DNA of 32,000 nt from an uncultured Opitutales bacterium (GTDB lineage Bacteria > Verrucomicrobiota > Verrucomicrobiia > Opitutales > Intestinicryptomonadaceae): the NCBI GenBank assembly GCA_934613415.1, contig CAKTSY010000002.1:1-32000 (forward strand), written 5' to 3'. Numbering within the stretch: the stretch's first letter is position 1; each line of letters opens with the position of its first letter. Of this stretch, positions 13,938 through 23,241 are shown piece after piece. The position numbers were made by a program, and so were the translations under genes. Under the pieces are notes generated by a model, which saw only the letters and a program-made list of their open reading frames with translations, made no database searches and had not been told where the DNA came from.

Positions 13938-15248
13938 ATGCGCAGTTGGCTGGCGGTAGTTTTTTTAATGGTTTGCTCTTTGGGGTTTGCAAAGGGTGCC
14001 ATTAACGCGCGCTTTTTAGACGCCCTGTCGGAAACGGGCGTAATTTCGAAGATGGACGCCGACGCGGTAAAGAAGGAAAGCTCGTCTATAGAGCTATTGC
14101 TGCCGCAGGCGGAACCGCTTCTTAGAACCTTTCTTATTCTGCAAAACCGCTACACCTACGCGCAGCATAGCTATTTTAACGAGGCAAATTCAAGCCAGTC
14201 GCGCTTCGACATACGAAGGTTGTTGCCCGTTTTTATTGCAAACCCCACCGAAAACACAAGCGTGTTTGTAGCCGTATATTTGCCCAGCGATATGCCAATA
14301 AACAGCGCATTTGCAACTTTTAATTTTGAAAGCGAATATGTTTGCGGAACCTTTAAGGCGGGCTTTTTGGGGCCGAACTTTTCGATGGAAGAGCCCGACA
14401 GTTGCACAAACCTTTTTACGCCCGACAGAAATATTTTGTGCCTTTATTTCGGCGGCGGCGACGGCGGCATAGACGGCTATCGCAAAACGGCCTACGGAAC
14501 TTCGCTTGGCTTTTCGGGTAGCCACCCCGGCATATATTTCGACGGCTATCTGCCGACGCACAAAGAATATGTATATCAACTTGGCTTATCGAATTCTAAA
14601 AGCGACGCATTAACCATTAGGCGCGACAACGGCGTTATTGTTTGGCTTATGCTAGGTTACGAAAAGAAGTTTGAAGATTTTTCCGTAAAATTTGGCAGCA
14701 ATTTTGGCTACTCCACAAAAAGCGTTTCGGCAATAGCAAGTGGGGCGTCTTTGCCTAGCGAGATTGTAGATTGTGGAGACCTTTACGGCATAGACCCATA
14801 TTTTAGACTGGCAACCGAAAACTTTACTTTGCAGCTAGAATATATGATGGCGAAAGTTCAATACGGCAAAACCCAGTCAGACTTAATTCCCACATATACA
14901 ACCTCTTCGGGATATGCCGATCCACACGGCTTTAGTGCAATGGTTGCCTACAAGTTATTCGATTTAGGTAAGCTTGGTAAACTTGAGCCTATTTTTAGGT
15001 ATACCTACCTAAATACCGACGGCAAAGGGGTTAGGGAATGCGACGTTTTCTATAAATCGCCAAACGTAGGCGGTTTGTTCAACAAGGCCCACGCGTATTA
15101 TGCGGGCATAAATTGGTATATACGCGGCAGATACCTAAAATATGCAATGGGTATAGAGCATTTAGATTTTCAAGACTCGCCCATGGGGTTAGACAAAGGC
15201 TCGGCGTCGTCGGACATAGTTATAGGCCAGCTGCAGGTAATGTTTTAG
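13938..15248 (+). CDS. Outer-membrane beta-barrel porin, OprO/P (phosphate-selective porin O/P)-like
   Basis: 436-aa ORF with a signal peptide, alternating beta-strand-like segments, LEPIFRYTYLNTDG and YYAGINWYIRGRYLKYAMGIE, and a C-terminal aromatic residue (..LQVMF). It starts 9 nt after the GH28-like gene. Confidence 0.6.
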   Translation: MRSWLAVVFLMVCSLGFAKGAINARFLDALSETGVISKMDADAVKKESSSIELLLPQAEPLLRTFLILQNRYTYAQHSYFNEANSSQSRFDIRRLLPVFIANPTENTSVFVAVYLPSDMPINSAFATFNFESEYVCGTFKAGFLGPNFSMEEPDSCTNLFTPDRNILCLYFGGGDGGIDGYRKTAYGTSLGFSGSHPGIYFDGYLPTHKEYVYQLGLSNSKSDALTIRRDNGVIVWLMLGYEKKFEDFSVKFGSNFGYSTKSVSAIASGASLPSEIVDCGDLYGIDPYFRLATENFTLQLEYMMAKVQYGKTQSDLIPTYTTSSGYADPHGFSAMVAYKLFDLGKLGKLEPIFRYTYLNTDGKGVRECDVFYKSPNVGGLFNKAHAYYAGINWYIRGRYLKYAMGIEHLDFQDSPMGLDKGSASSDIVIGQLQVMF

Positions 15249-15267
15249 CTTTTGTGTGTGTTGCGTG

Positions 15268-15284
15268 TAGTATTTATAATACTA
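15268..15284. repeat. Near-palindrome B1 (tagtatttataatacta); candidate recombinase core site or operator
   Basis: 7-3-7 structure: TAGTATT-TAT-AATACTA. It is the exact reverse complement of B2 (17 of 17). Confidence 0.65.
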
Positions 15285-15298
15285 TTGTCAAGCAACAG

Positions 15299-15327
15299 TT
15301 GCATTTCGCTTAGTATTAACATAATAT
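15299..15327 (+). promoter_or_regulatory. Sigma70-like promoter candidate facing the 471-aa PEP-CTERM paralogue
   Basis: TTGCAT (15299-15304), a 17-nt spacer, then TAATAT (15322-15327). It lies inside the B1-B2 bracketed segment, and a GGAG sits ~8 nt before the ATG at 15484. The promoter consensus for this organism is unknown. Confidence 0.35.
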
Positions 15328-15421
15328 GTGCCTGCAATTTATCTGTGGGTTCATGTATTTTTTTGCATATACTTCCTCGAAGATATGATTTTTGGCAATG
15401 TTTTCGCAAATACAATGTATG

Positions 15422-15438
15422 TAGTATTATAAATACTA
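15422..15438. repeat. Near-palindrome B2 (tagtattataaatacta); candidate recombinase core site or operator
   Basis: 7-3-7 structure: TAGTATT-ATA-AATACTA. It is the exact reverse complement of B1 and lies 46 nt upstream of the ATG at 15484. Confidence 0.65.
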
Positions 15439-15483
15439 TATACAAAACGATATTTTAAAACTAAAATATAGGAGACTATTTGT

Positions 15484-16899
15484 ATGAAAAAAATATTGTT
15501 TGTATTGTGCATTTTTATGCCAAGCTATATTTTTGCGGATAACGAAGATTATAGTGGACAAGATGTTAGTGGAATGAATTTTTCTCTTGAAAGCAGAAGA
15601 AACTCAAAATGGGGAAATCTTATTGGAGCAAGAGGGACGATTTTTTCTGCGGGGACTGAATTTGGTTCTGGCACGGATTATACTAATGCCAGTTTTGGCA
15701 GTGCGAATTTGGCTGGAGCAATTTTTTCGGGGGCAAACCTGGCTGGTTCAAATTTTGAAAACTCAAGTATAAACGGCGCAAATTTTAGTAATGCAAATTT
15801 AGTTTCGTCCGACTTTTTCATAGCCGTAGATTTTACAGGGGCAGACTTTACGGGCGCAGTTGTAACCCATGCTGATTTTTCGGATACAACAAGAAATGGT
15901 TTTACAAAAGAGCAGTTGTATTCGACTAGAAGCTATAAAGAAAAATCAATGCAGGGCATGGGCTTTCTGGGAAATAATTTTGATGGTTGGGATTTCTCCG
16001 GGCAAGATTTAACCGGGGCGGATTTTTGTTGTACATCACTAAGCGGTACGAATTTTGATAATGCGATAATTACAAATGCAATGTTTAATAATTCTTCATA
16101 CATAGATAAGTCTACTATATATTCAACAAAAAGCTACAAGGAAAGAAATCTAATGGGAGTTAGCTTTTTAGGCCTTGATATATCGAGTTGGGACCTTAGC
16201 CGACAGTGTCTGATGCACGCTGTATTTAATTATACAACCCGCAGAAATGTAAAATTTTCATTTTCAGACCTAAGAGGCTCGTTTTTTGACGAAGAAGACA
16301 ATTCGGAAAACCTTCCTATTTACAAAAACACTATATTGTCAGATGGAGTAATTAAGAATTTTTCTATGACGTCTGCCGAGGAGAGTTTTAGTATTCGAAA
16401 ATATGTTCCGCTAAAAAATAGCGACAATGTAATTTCGGCAAAAATTTCTGAAAAAAATAGCGAAATTTTTGGTGGTGCGATATTGAATTTAGAGCCCGGT
16501 TCAAAACTTGAGATTTCGGCACAGAAGACATTGACTGTTCATGCCGATGGAACACTAGCTATTAGCACTTCAGTATTAGATTCAACTCAGATTTATCTTG
16601 GTGAAAATTCTGGTCTAATAATAAGTGGTAACCTTATAGTAAATATCGAAGAGGCCTTGGATGAAAATAAATTTTATAAATTTGATATAGTAGCATTTGA
16701 AGACAATAGCTTGTTAGATATAAAAGAAGAATGCGTATCTCTTAGTGTTATAGGCGAAGCATATAATGACTTTTGGTACTGCACTATCGAAAATGGAACG
16801 CTTAGCATAGTGATTCCCGAGCCTAGCAATGTGTGTTTAGCAATGTGTGTTTTTGCTCTAGGTTTCTTTGTTTACAAAAAAATAAAACATGTTGCATGA
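15484..16899 (+). CDS. Secreted pentapeptide-repeat protein with PEP-CTERM-like anchor; short paralogue of the giant protein
   Basis: 471-aa ORF with a signal peptide (MKKILFVLCIFMPSYIFA/DN) and pentapeptide runs (ANLAGAIFSGANLAGSNFENSSINGANFSNANL). It has two FTKEQLYSTRSYKEK-type linkers. Its C-terminal ~195 aa align with the giant protein's C-terminus and end IPEPSNVCLAMCVFALGFFVYKKIKHVA. Confidence 0.85.
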   Translation: MKKILFVLCIFMPSYIFADNEDYSGQDVSGMNFSLESRRNSKWGNLIGARGTIFSAGTEFGSGTDYTNASFGSANLAGAIFSGANLAGSNFENSSINGANFSNANLVSSDFFIAVDFTGADFTGAVVTHADFSDTTRNGFTKEQLYSTRSYKEKSMQGMGFLGNNFDGWDFSGQDLTGADFCCTSLSGTNFDNAIITNAMFNNSSYIDKSTIYSTKSYKERNLMGVSFLGLDISSWDLSRQCLMHAVFNYTTRRNVKFSFSDLRGSFFDEEDNSENLPIYKNTILSDGVIKNFSMTSAEESFSIRKYVPLKNSDNVISAKISEKNSEIFGGAILNLEPGSKLEISAQKTLTVHADGTLAISTSVLDSTQIYLGENSGLIISGNLIVNIEEALDENKFYKFDIVAFEDNSLLDIKEECVSLSVIGEAYNDFWYCTIENGTLSIVIPEPSNVCLAMCVFALGFFVYKKIKHVA

Positions 16900-16921
16900 G
16901 ATACACCCATTTTTTACGCAC

Positions 16922-16954
16922 AAAAAAACTTCGGGGGTTTCCCGAAGTTTTTTG
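16922..16954. terminator. Bidirectional rho-independent terminator between convergent genes
   Basis: aaaaaacttcggg / ggttt / cccgaagtttttt: a GC-containing stem flanked by an A-run and a T-run. It lies between the PEP-CTERM paralogue (plus strand) and lysS (minus strand). Confidence 0.8.
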
Positions 16955-16980
16955 CGTTTTTAGCCTTATGGATTTTTAAG

Positions 16981-18537
16981 CTATTGCTCTTTAGAATAGT
17001 TTTGGAAAGACTTTAAAAGAATGCCTTCTTTGGAATCTTCGGCGTCTTTTGTCATATTCTTTAAGCTTGGGAACAACACGGTGTCGCGTATGTTTTCGGC
17101 ACTGGTAAGCAGCATAACAAGCCTGTCTATGCCAACGCCCATACCGCCTGCGGGGGGCATACCGTGTTCCATTGCAACCAAAAAGTCTTCGTCTAGCTTT
17201 TGCACTTCTTCGCCTATTTGCGCTTCGAGCATCTGACGCTGAATAATAGAGTCGTTCTGTTCGGAGTAGGCGGGGGCAATTTCCTGCCCGTTTATGCAAA
17301 GTTCAAAAACGTCTAGCACGCCCGTGTCTTTCTGGTTTATTTTGGCAAGCGGGCAAAGCTCTTTTTGAATGTGCATAACAAATGTGGGCTGAACCAAGAA
17401 AGGCTCTATTTGCTTGCTGTAAACTGCGTTTGTAACTTCGTAGTCTTCTGCGGTGTCGCGGTTTTTAATTTCTATTTTTTGCGCGTCGCAATAGGCAAGC
17501 TTTTCTTCCCTAGTTCTAGAGAACCAATTCGGGTCTTTTGTGGTTTCTATAATAAGGTCTTTATAGTCTGCCTGACGCCATTTGCCGCCAAGCTCTATAA
17601 TTTGGCCGTCGGGGCGTTTTATAGAAGTTGTACCCAAAATATTTTTGCAGATGCGCTGAATCATAGACTTGAAAAGCTCCATCATACCCTCGTGGTTAGA
17701 GTAGGCCTGATAAACTTCAAGCATTGTAAATTCGGGGTTGTGCTTGCGGTCTACGCCTTCGTTGCGGAACACTCTGCTAAGTTCGAACACCCTTTCAAAG
17801 CCGCCTACAAGCATTCTTTTTAGATAAAGCTCGGGTGCAATTCTAAGGAAGAACAAAGAGTCTAGCGCGTTCATATAGGTTACAAAGGGCTTTGCCGCAG
17901 CTCCGCCCGCAACCGAGTGCAAAATGGGGGTTTCAACTTCGCAGAAATCTCTTTCCCACAAGAACTGCCTAATTTCCTTAATTATTTTCGAGCGCAGCAT
18001 AAACCTTAGTTTAGATTCCTGGTTCGTTATAAGGTCTAGGTAGCGCTGGCGGTAAATTTGGTCGTCGTCGGTAAGGCCGTGCCACTTTTCGGGCAGGGGG
18101 CGCAACGCCTTGCTCAGCATTTTATAGTCGTGCACCCTAACGGTAATTTCGCCCGTTTTGGTTTTAAACAATTCGCCCCTTACGCCTATAATGTCGCCTA
18201 CGTCTATGTCTTTTTTAAACTGTTCGTTATACTTGCCTTCGGGCAGGTTGTCGCGCGAAAAATAAAGCTGTATTATGCCTTTGCGGTCTTGAATTTTAAT
18301 AAAGCTGGCTTTCCCCATAAGCCTGAAAAGCATAATGCGCCCTGCCAGCGAAACTTCGGGGCCGCTTTGGGTTTCTTCGTTAAACAACGCCAAAGCCTGT
18401 TCGGAGGTGTGTGTTTGCGGCCATTCGTTCCTAAACGGGTCTTCGCCGCGCGCGCGCATTGCGTCTAGCTTTGCCTTGCGTACGGCAAAAAGGTCGTGGC
18501 TGTTTTCTTGAATTGTTTTGTTGTGGTCTTCGTTCAT
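16981..18537 (-). CDS. lysS: Lysine--tRNA ligase (class II)
   Basis: 518-aa ORF with an N-terminal OB-fold region and class II motifs, including FELCINGQEIAPAYSEQND and GMPPAGGMGVGIDRLVMLLT. Confidence 0.93.
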   Translation of the reverse strand: MNEDHNKTIQENSHDLFAVRKAKLDAMRARGEDPFRNEWPQTHTSEQALALFNEETQSGPEVSLAGRIMLFRLMGKASFIKIQDRKGIIQLYFSRDNLPEGKYNEQFKKDIDVGDIIGVRGELFKTKTGEITVRVHDYKMLSKALRPLPEKWHGLTDDDQIYRQRYLDLITNQESKLRFMLRSKIIKEIRQFLWERDFCEVETPILHSVAGGAAAKPFVTYMNALDSLFFLRIAPELYLKRMLVGGFERVFELSRVFRNEGVDRKHNPEFTMLEVYQAYSNHEGMMELFKSMIQRICKNILGTTSIKRPDGQIIELGGKWRQADYKDLIIETTKDPNWFSRTREEKLAYCDAQKIEIKNRDTAEDYEVTNAVYSKQIEPFLVQPTFVMHIQKELCPLAKINQKDTGVLDVFELCINGQEIAPAYSEQNDSIIQRQMLEAQIGEEVQKLDEDFLVAMEHGMPPAGGMGVGIDRLVMLLTSAENIRDTVLFPSLKNMTKDAEDSKEGILLKSFQNYSKEQ

Positions 18538-18645
18538 TATTAAATAAAAAATTTACGCCATTATTAAACGTCTCGGCACTTAAGGCAAATATTTTTTTAT
18601 CCGCAAAAACGCAGGGGAGTGCGGCTTAAACGGTGTTGTTTTTTG

Positions 18646-20436
18646 TTATTTAAAAAGGCGCGCCAAAAAGTTTTTGTCGGCCGACTTTATTATATACGCG
18701 CCGTCGGGGGCGTTGGCTGCGTTTTGGCATTTAAAAAGTTCGCCTAAAAGTTGCGTTGCGCTTTCGGCGGAATCGGGCGGGGTTGTGCCGCGTATGGATT
18801 GGGCGGCTGCCATTGCAAAGGCATAGTTTATGTCGGCAGCCCTTGCCGAAGCCGAGGTTTTTTTCAATTCCAAAAAGTCTTTTACAAAGTTTTCGGCCTG
18901 CGAAATTTCCGCCCATTGAGGCAGCGATAAAATTCTAAAAAAGTCTTTGCCGAATTCTTCTATCTCGAATCCGCAAGCCGAAAATTGTTCCAGATTGCTC
19001 CTTAAAATTTCGGATTCAAGCCTGTCTAGCTGCAGGCAAATGGGCAACAAAAGCGTTTGCGTTATGGCTTTGCTTTCGCTTTCAAGCGAATCTATAACGT
19101 TGTCGAAAACAATTCGCTTTTTGGCGTTTGTTGTCTCTACAATTTTAACCGAGTCTGCGGTCTTAAAAAATATGTAGCTGGCAAAAGAACCCATAAACTG
19201 CCAGTCTGGCAATGCGCTTTCTTGGGGTTTAGTTTCGCTTTGGCTCTGCAAAAAAGCGGCGTTGCCAAAGGTGGAATCTTCCGTTTTTTCCGGCAAAATT
19301 TTTGCCGCAACGCAGTCGCTTACCTGCAAAGGGCGCACATATTCTATATTCTTTGGCCTTTCGCGTGCGGGGAAAATTGCGGGCTTAAGCTCCAATTCGG
19401 GCGAAGAATTTTCTTTTTTTGTTTCGGCAAAGGGATTTGCCAAAGCCTCTATTTTTTTTGAAACGCATTCGCACAAAAAGTCGCCAACAAAGCGTTCGTT
19501 GTTAAAGCGCACTTCGCGCTTTGCCGGGTGTACGTTTACGTCTACCAACTTCGGGTCTATTTCTATAAAGATAAAACCGCCCGCATATTTGCCTTGCGGC
19601 ATAAATGGCGCATACGCCTCTTTTAGGGCAAAAAACACGGTTTTAGATTCTACTGGGCGATTGTTTATAAAAGCGTATATGTTGCGGCTTGTCGCGAACG
19701 AAACATCTGGCTTTGAAATTGCCCCATATATTTTTAAAGCCCCTCTTTGCGCAACGCCTAGCTCGGTTAATTTTTCGGAAAGCTCGCGCCCGTATATTTT
19801 TTCTATGGCGTCTATAAGCCCAAACCCTTTTGCCGATTTAAAAATTGTTTTTGCATTTTCCCTAAGTGTAAACGAAATATCTGGCAACGCCAGCGCGTAG
19901 CTTTTGCAAAGCCTTACAATTTGCATTGCCTCGGTATTGTCGCTTTTAAGAAATTTGCGGCGGGCGGGAACCGAGCAAAAGAGGTTTGCCGCGGTAATTT
20001 CGGTGCCAAAGGCTGCGCCGCATTCCCTGCAATATTCAAGTTTGCCGCCGTTTACGAAAATTTCGGTGCCTGCCGAAGAATCTTCGGGGCGCGTTTTTAT
20101 TGTAAATTGCGAAACCGCAGCAATAGACGGAACCGCTTCGCCCCTAAAGCCGTAGCTTCTTATTTCGTTTAGGTCTTGCTCGGTGGAAATTTTGCTTGTT
20201 GCGTGCTGCTCTAAGCTTAGCAGAGCCTGCTCTTTTGTCATTCCGCACCCGTTGTCGGCAACCCTTATGTAGGCCTTGCCGCCGCTTTTAAAATCTATAT
20301 CTATTTTTGTGGCGTTTGCGTCTATGGCGTTTTCCACAAGCTCTTTTACCGCCGAAGCGGGGCGTTCTACAACCTCGCCCGCTGCGATTTTGCTTATTAA
20401 AACGCTGTTAAGCTTTCTTATTTCGGGCGGTTTCAT
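18646..20436 (-). CDS. mutL: DNA mismatch repair protein MutL
   Basis: 596-aa ORF. The N-terminal GHKL ATPase signature is ISKIAAGEVVERPASAVKELVENAIDA...DNGCGM. Its start overlaps the ligA stop (ATGA). Confidence 0.93.
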   Translation of the reverse strand: MKPPEIRKLNSVLISKIAAGEVVERPASAVKELVENAIDANATKIDIDFKSGGKAYIRVADNGCGMTKEQALLSLEQHATSKISTEQDLNEIRSYGFRGEAVPSIAAVSQFTIKTRPEDSSAGTEIFVNGGKLEYCRECGAAFGTEITAANLFCSVPARRKFLKSDNTEAMQIVRLCKSYALALPDISFTLRENAKTIFKSAKGFGLIDAIEKIYGRELSEKLTELGVAQRGALKIYGAISKPDVSFATSRNIYAFINNRPVESKTVFFALKEAYAPFMPQGKYAGGFIFIEIDPKLVDVNVHPAKREVRFNNERFVGDFLCECVSKKIEALANPFAETKKENSSPELELKPAIFPARERPKNIEYVRPLQVSDCVAAKILPEKTEDSTFGNAAFLQSQSETKPQESALPDWQFMGSFASYIFFKTADSVKIVETTNAKKRIVFDNVIDSLESESKAITQTLLLPICLQLDRLESEILRSNLEQFSACGFEIEEFGKDFFRILSLPQWAEISQAENFVKDFLELKKTSASARAADINYAFAMAAAQSIRGTTPPDSAESATQLLGELFKCQNAANAPDGAYIIKSADKNFLARLFK

Positions 20437-22565
20437 AGATCGAAAAGCATTTGCTGGGAGTTGTCTTGAGTCTCTTTTGCGTTGTCGAAATCCGCCAATT
20501 TAAGGAATTCGGCTTCGCTTAGAATTTTTACACCGAGTTTTTCGGCTTCGGTTTTTTTAGAACCCGAGTTTTCGCCGCAAACCACATACGAAGTTTTTGC
20601 CGAAACGCTTGCCGAAACTTTGCCCCCCAAACTTTCTATAAGGGCTTTTGCCTTGCTTCGCTGCATGCTTTGCAATGTTCCCGTAAGCACAAAAGTGCTG
20701 CCTTTAAATTTGTCTAACACGGGTTTTGTGCGGTTTAAAAAGTTTACCCCGGCTTGGCGCAGTTTTTCTACCTGTTCTAAATTGTGCGGGTCGGCAAAGA
20801 ACGCGGTGATTGAGTCTACTAGAACTTCGCCTACCCCGTCTACCGCCAAAAGCTCTTCTTTTGTGGCGTTTTTTATGTTGTCCAGCGATCCGAATTTTGC
20901 CGCCAGGTCTTTTGCGGTTTTTTCGCCTATATTGAAAATGCCTATGGCAAAAAGCAGGCGCGGCAAATCCCTATTTTTGCTTTGCTCTATTGCATTTATA
21001 AGGTTTTGCGCGCTCTTTTCCTTTATGTTGTCTAGCGCAAGCAAATCGCTTTTTTTAAGCGAATAAATGTCGGAGGGAAACTTTACCAAATTTGCGGAAA
21101 CAAGCTTTTCTACAACCGCGCCGCCCAAGCCTTCAATGTCCATACAATCGCGCGAGGCAAAGTGCTCTAGCGCGCGTTTTATTCTGTCGGGGCAAAAGAA
21201 ATTAGGGCAACGCCAAACCGCCTGGCCTTGGTCGCGGACAAGCTTTGTATTGCATACGGGGCAGTATTCGGGGAATTTGAAGGGCTGCGAATTTGCTCCG
21301 CGCAAATCTTTGTCTACAACCTCTATTACCGCGGGTATTATTTCGCCCGCTTTTTCTATTAAAACCTTGTCGCCTTCGCGTATGTCTTTTCTGGCAAGCT
21401 CGTCGGCATTGTGTAGCGTAGCCCTCGAAACCGTGCTACCCGAAAGAAACACGCTTTCAAGCTCGGCGACAGGCGTAATTGCGCCCGTTCTGCCAACTTG
21501 CAAAGTTATCTTTTTTAAAGTGGTTATTGCCCTTTGGCTTTTATATTTCCACGCGGTTGCCCAGCGCGGCGACTTTGCCGTAAAGCCCGCCTTTTGCCAC
21601 AAAGAGCAGTCGTTAAGCTTTATAACCGCGCCGTCGGTATCGAAGGGAAACTTTGCCCTGATTTCGTCTAGCTGCATTATTGCGCTGTAGGCGGCGTCTA
21701 CCCCAACAACTTTTTGGCTCCACAAAAGGGGGCTTAAGCCCCAGCTTTTTAATGTATTAGGCAATGAGCTTTGAAAATCCAATTCAAAACCCTCGGCTTT
21801 TGCTATAAAATAGAATACCGATTCTAGCTCGCGCTTTTCAAGCTGCGTTTTGTCTAGCAATTTCATTGTGCCCGCCGTTAGGTTGCGCGGGTTTGCATAG
21901 GCGCGTTTTTGGGGCTTTTCGGGCAAGTCGGTGTTTTGGGCTTGTTCAAAAAAGTCGCTTTGGTTCTTTTGCTTTTTTGCCGCGTTTTGCGCTTCTTTTT
22001 CGGCGCAAAGCCTTTCAAATTCGGCGCGCGTCATATAAACTTCGCCTCTAATTTCCAAAAGGGCAGGTGGTGTTGGGGTGTTCAACACTTGGGCAATGCC
22101 CTTTATAATGCCTATGTTTTCGGTTATGTCTTCGCCCGTTTCGCCGTCGCCGCGCGTAAGCGCCCTAAGCAAAACGCCGTCTTTATATACAAGCGAAATT
22201 CCAGCCCCGTCTATTTTAGGTTCTATATTATATTCAAGCTCCTTAGTTTCGTCTATTTGCAGAGCCTTTTTTAGGCGGCTGTCGAATTCGCGCAATTCCT
22301 GAATGCTAAATACATTGTCTAGGCTTAGCATTGGCGAAAGGTGCTTTACCTTTTCAAAATCGTCGCCTAAGTCGCTTCCAACGCGCTTGCTTATAGAATC
22401 CGGCGAGTCGTATTGCGGGAAAACTTTTTCGAGCCTCACAAGCTCGTGCATAAGCGCGTCGTACTCGATATCGCTTACAAGGGGCGCGTTGTCTATGCGG
22501 TAGGCTCTCTCGTATTTTTCGAGCAGCTTTCTAAGCTCGATTATTCTGCTTTGTGCGCTATCCAT
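20433..22565 (-). CDS. ligA: NAD-dependent DNA ligase
   Basis: 710-aa ORF with the adenylation motif [13 protein letters not shown], a Zn-finger (CPVCNTKLV...WRCPNFFCP), an HhH region and a C-terminal BRCT-like domain ([10 protein letters not shown]). Confidence 0.93.
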   Translation of the reverse strand: MDSAQSRIIELRKLLEKYERAYRIDNAPLVSDIEYDALMHELVRLEKVFPQYDSPDSISKRVGSDLGDDFEKVKHLSPMLSLDNVFSIQELREFDSRLKKALQIDETKELEYNIEPKIDGAGISLVYKDGVLLRALTRGDGETGEDITENIGIIKGIAQVLNTPTPPALLEIRGEVYMTRAEFERLCAEKEAQNAAKKQKNQSDFFEQAQNTDLPEKPQKRAYANPRNLTAGTMKLLDKTQLEKRELESVFYFIAKAEGFELDFQSSLPNTLKSWGLSPLLWSQKVVGVDAAYSAIMQLDEIRAKFPFDTDGAVIKLNDCSLWQKAGFTAKSPRWATAWKYKSQRAITTLKKITLQVGRTGAITPVAELESVFLSGSTVSRATLHNADELARKDIREGDKVLIEKAGEIIPAVIEVVDKDLRGANSQPFKFPEYCPVCNTKLVRDQGQAVWRCPNFFCPDRIKRALEHFASRDCMDIEGLGGAVVEKLVSANLVKFPSDIYSLKKSDLLALDNIKEKSAQNLINAIEQSKNRDLPRLLFAIGIFNIGEKTAKDLAAKFGSLDNIKNATKEELLAVDGVGEVLVDSITAFFADPHNLEQVEKLRQAGVNFLNRTKPVLDKFKGSTFVLTGTLQSMQRSKAKALIESLGGKVSASVSAKTSYVVCGENSGSKKTEAEKLGVKILSEAEFLKLADFDNAKETQDNSQQMLFDL

Positions 22566-23241
22566 TGCAAATTGTGCCGTCTTTTAGCAGCAGTTGTTTG
22601 TCGGTCATTTTTGCGAATGCCGAATTGTGCGTTATAAGCAAAAGCGAAACATTGTCGTTTTTGCACAATTCCAAAAACATTTCGTTTATTATTGCCGCGG
22701 TTTTTTCGTCGAGGTTGCCCGTGGGTTCGTCGGCCATAATAAGCTTTGGGGCGTTCATAAGGGCGCGGGCAATTGCAACTCTTTGCCTTTCGCCACCCGA
22801 AAGCATTGCGGGCGTGTGCCTGATTCTGTCTTTAAGCCCGACTTTTTCTAAAAGTGCCAAAGCCCTTTCTTTAGATTGCTTGTTGTAGAGATTTGCAATT
22901 CTTGGGGCAATAAGTACGTTTTCCAGCGCGTTAAGTTCGGGTATAAGGCAATACGACTGGAATACAAACGCCATAAAGCGGCTTCGCAGCGCGCTTTGTT
23001 TGGAATTGCCCAAGTTGTCTATCCTTTGGCCGTTCCACATAACTGAGCCGCCAGAGGGCTGTTCTAAGGCGGCAGCTATGTTTAAAAGCGTGGTTTTGCC
23101 CGCGCCGCTTTCGCCCCTTAGGCTTACGCTTTCGCCTTGTTGTATTGCAAAGTTTATTCCCTTTAAAACCTCTATGTCCGACTTGTCGGGGCTTTTAAAG
23201 GATTTTCGTATGTCTATACATTCTAATACAAAGCTATTCAT
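22558..23241 (-). CDS. lolD: ABC transporter ATP-binding protein, LolD-like
   Basis: Walker A (GESGAGKTT), the ABC signature ([15 protein letters not shown]) and Walker B ([12 protein letters not shown]). I prefer the ATG at 23241 ([15 protein letters not shown]), which overlaps the upstream stop by 8 nt, over the track's start at 23280. Confidence 0.8.
   Translation of the reverse strand: MNSFVLECIDIRKSFKSPDKSDIEVLKGINFAIQQGESVSLRGESGAGKTTLLNIAAALEQPSGGSVMWNGQRIDNLGNSKQSALRSRFMAFVFQSYCLIPELNALENVLIAPRIANLYNKQSKERALALLEKVGLKDRIRHTPAMLSGGERQRVAIARALMNAPKLIMADEPTGNLDEKTAAIINEMFLELCKNDNVSLLLITHNSAFAKMTDKQLLLKDGTICNG

Noticed and set aside
15245-15458. ORFs of 66-68 aa occur on both strands of the porin/PEP-CTERM intergenic region.
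   Set aside because: The DNA is very AT-rich, and the products are hydrophobic and Cys/Ile-rich with no RBS or motifs. The region is better explained as regulatory, containing the inverted repeats and a promoter-like element.
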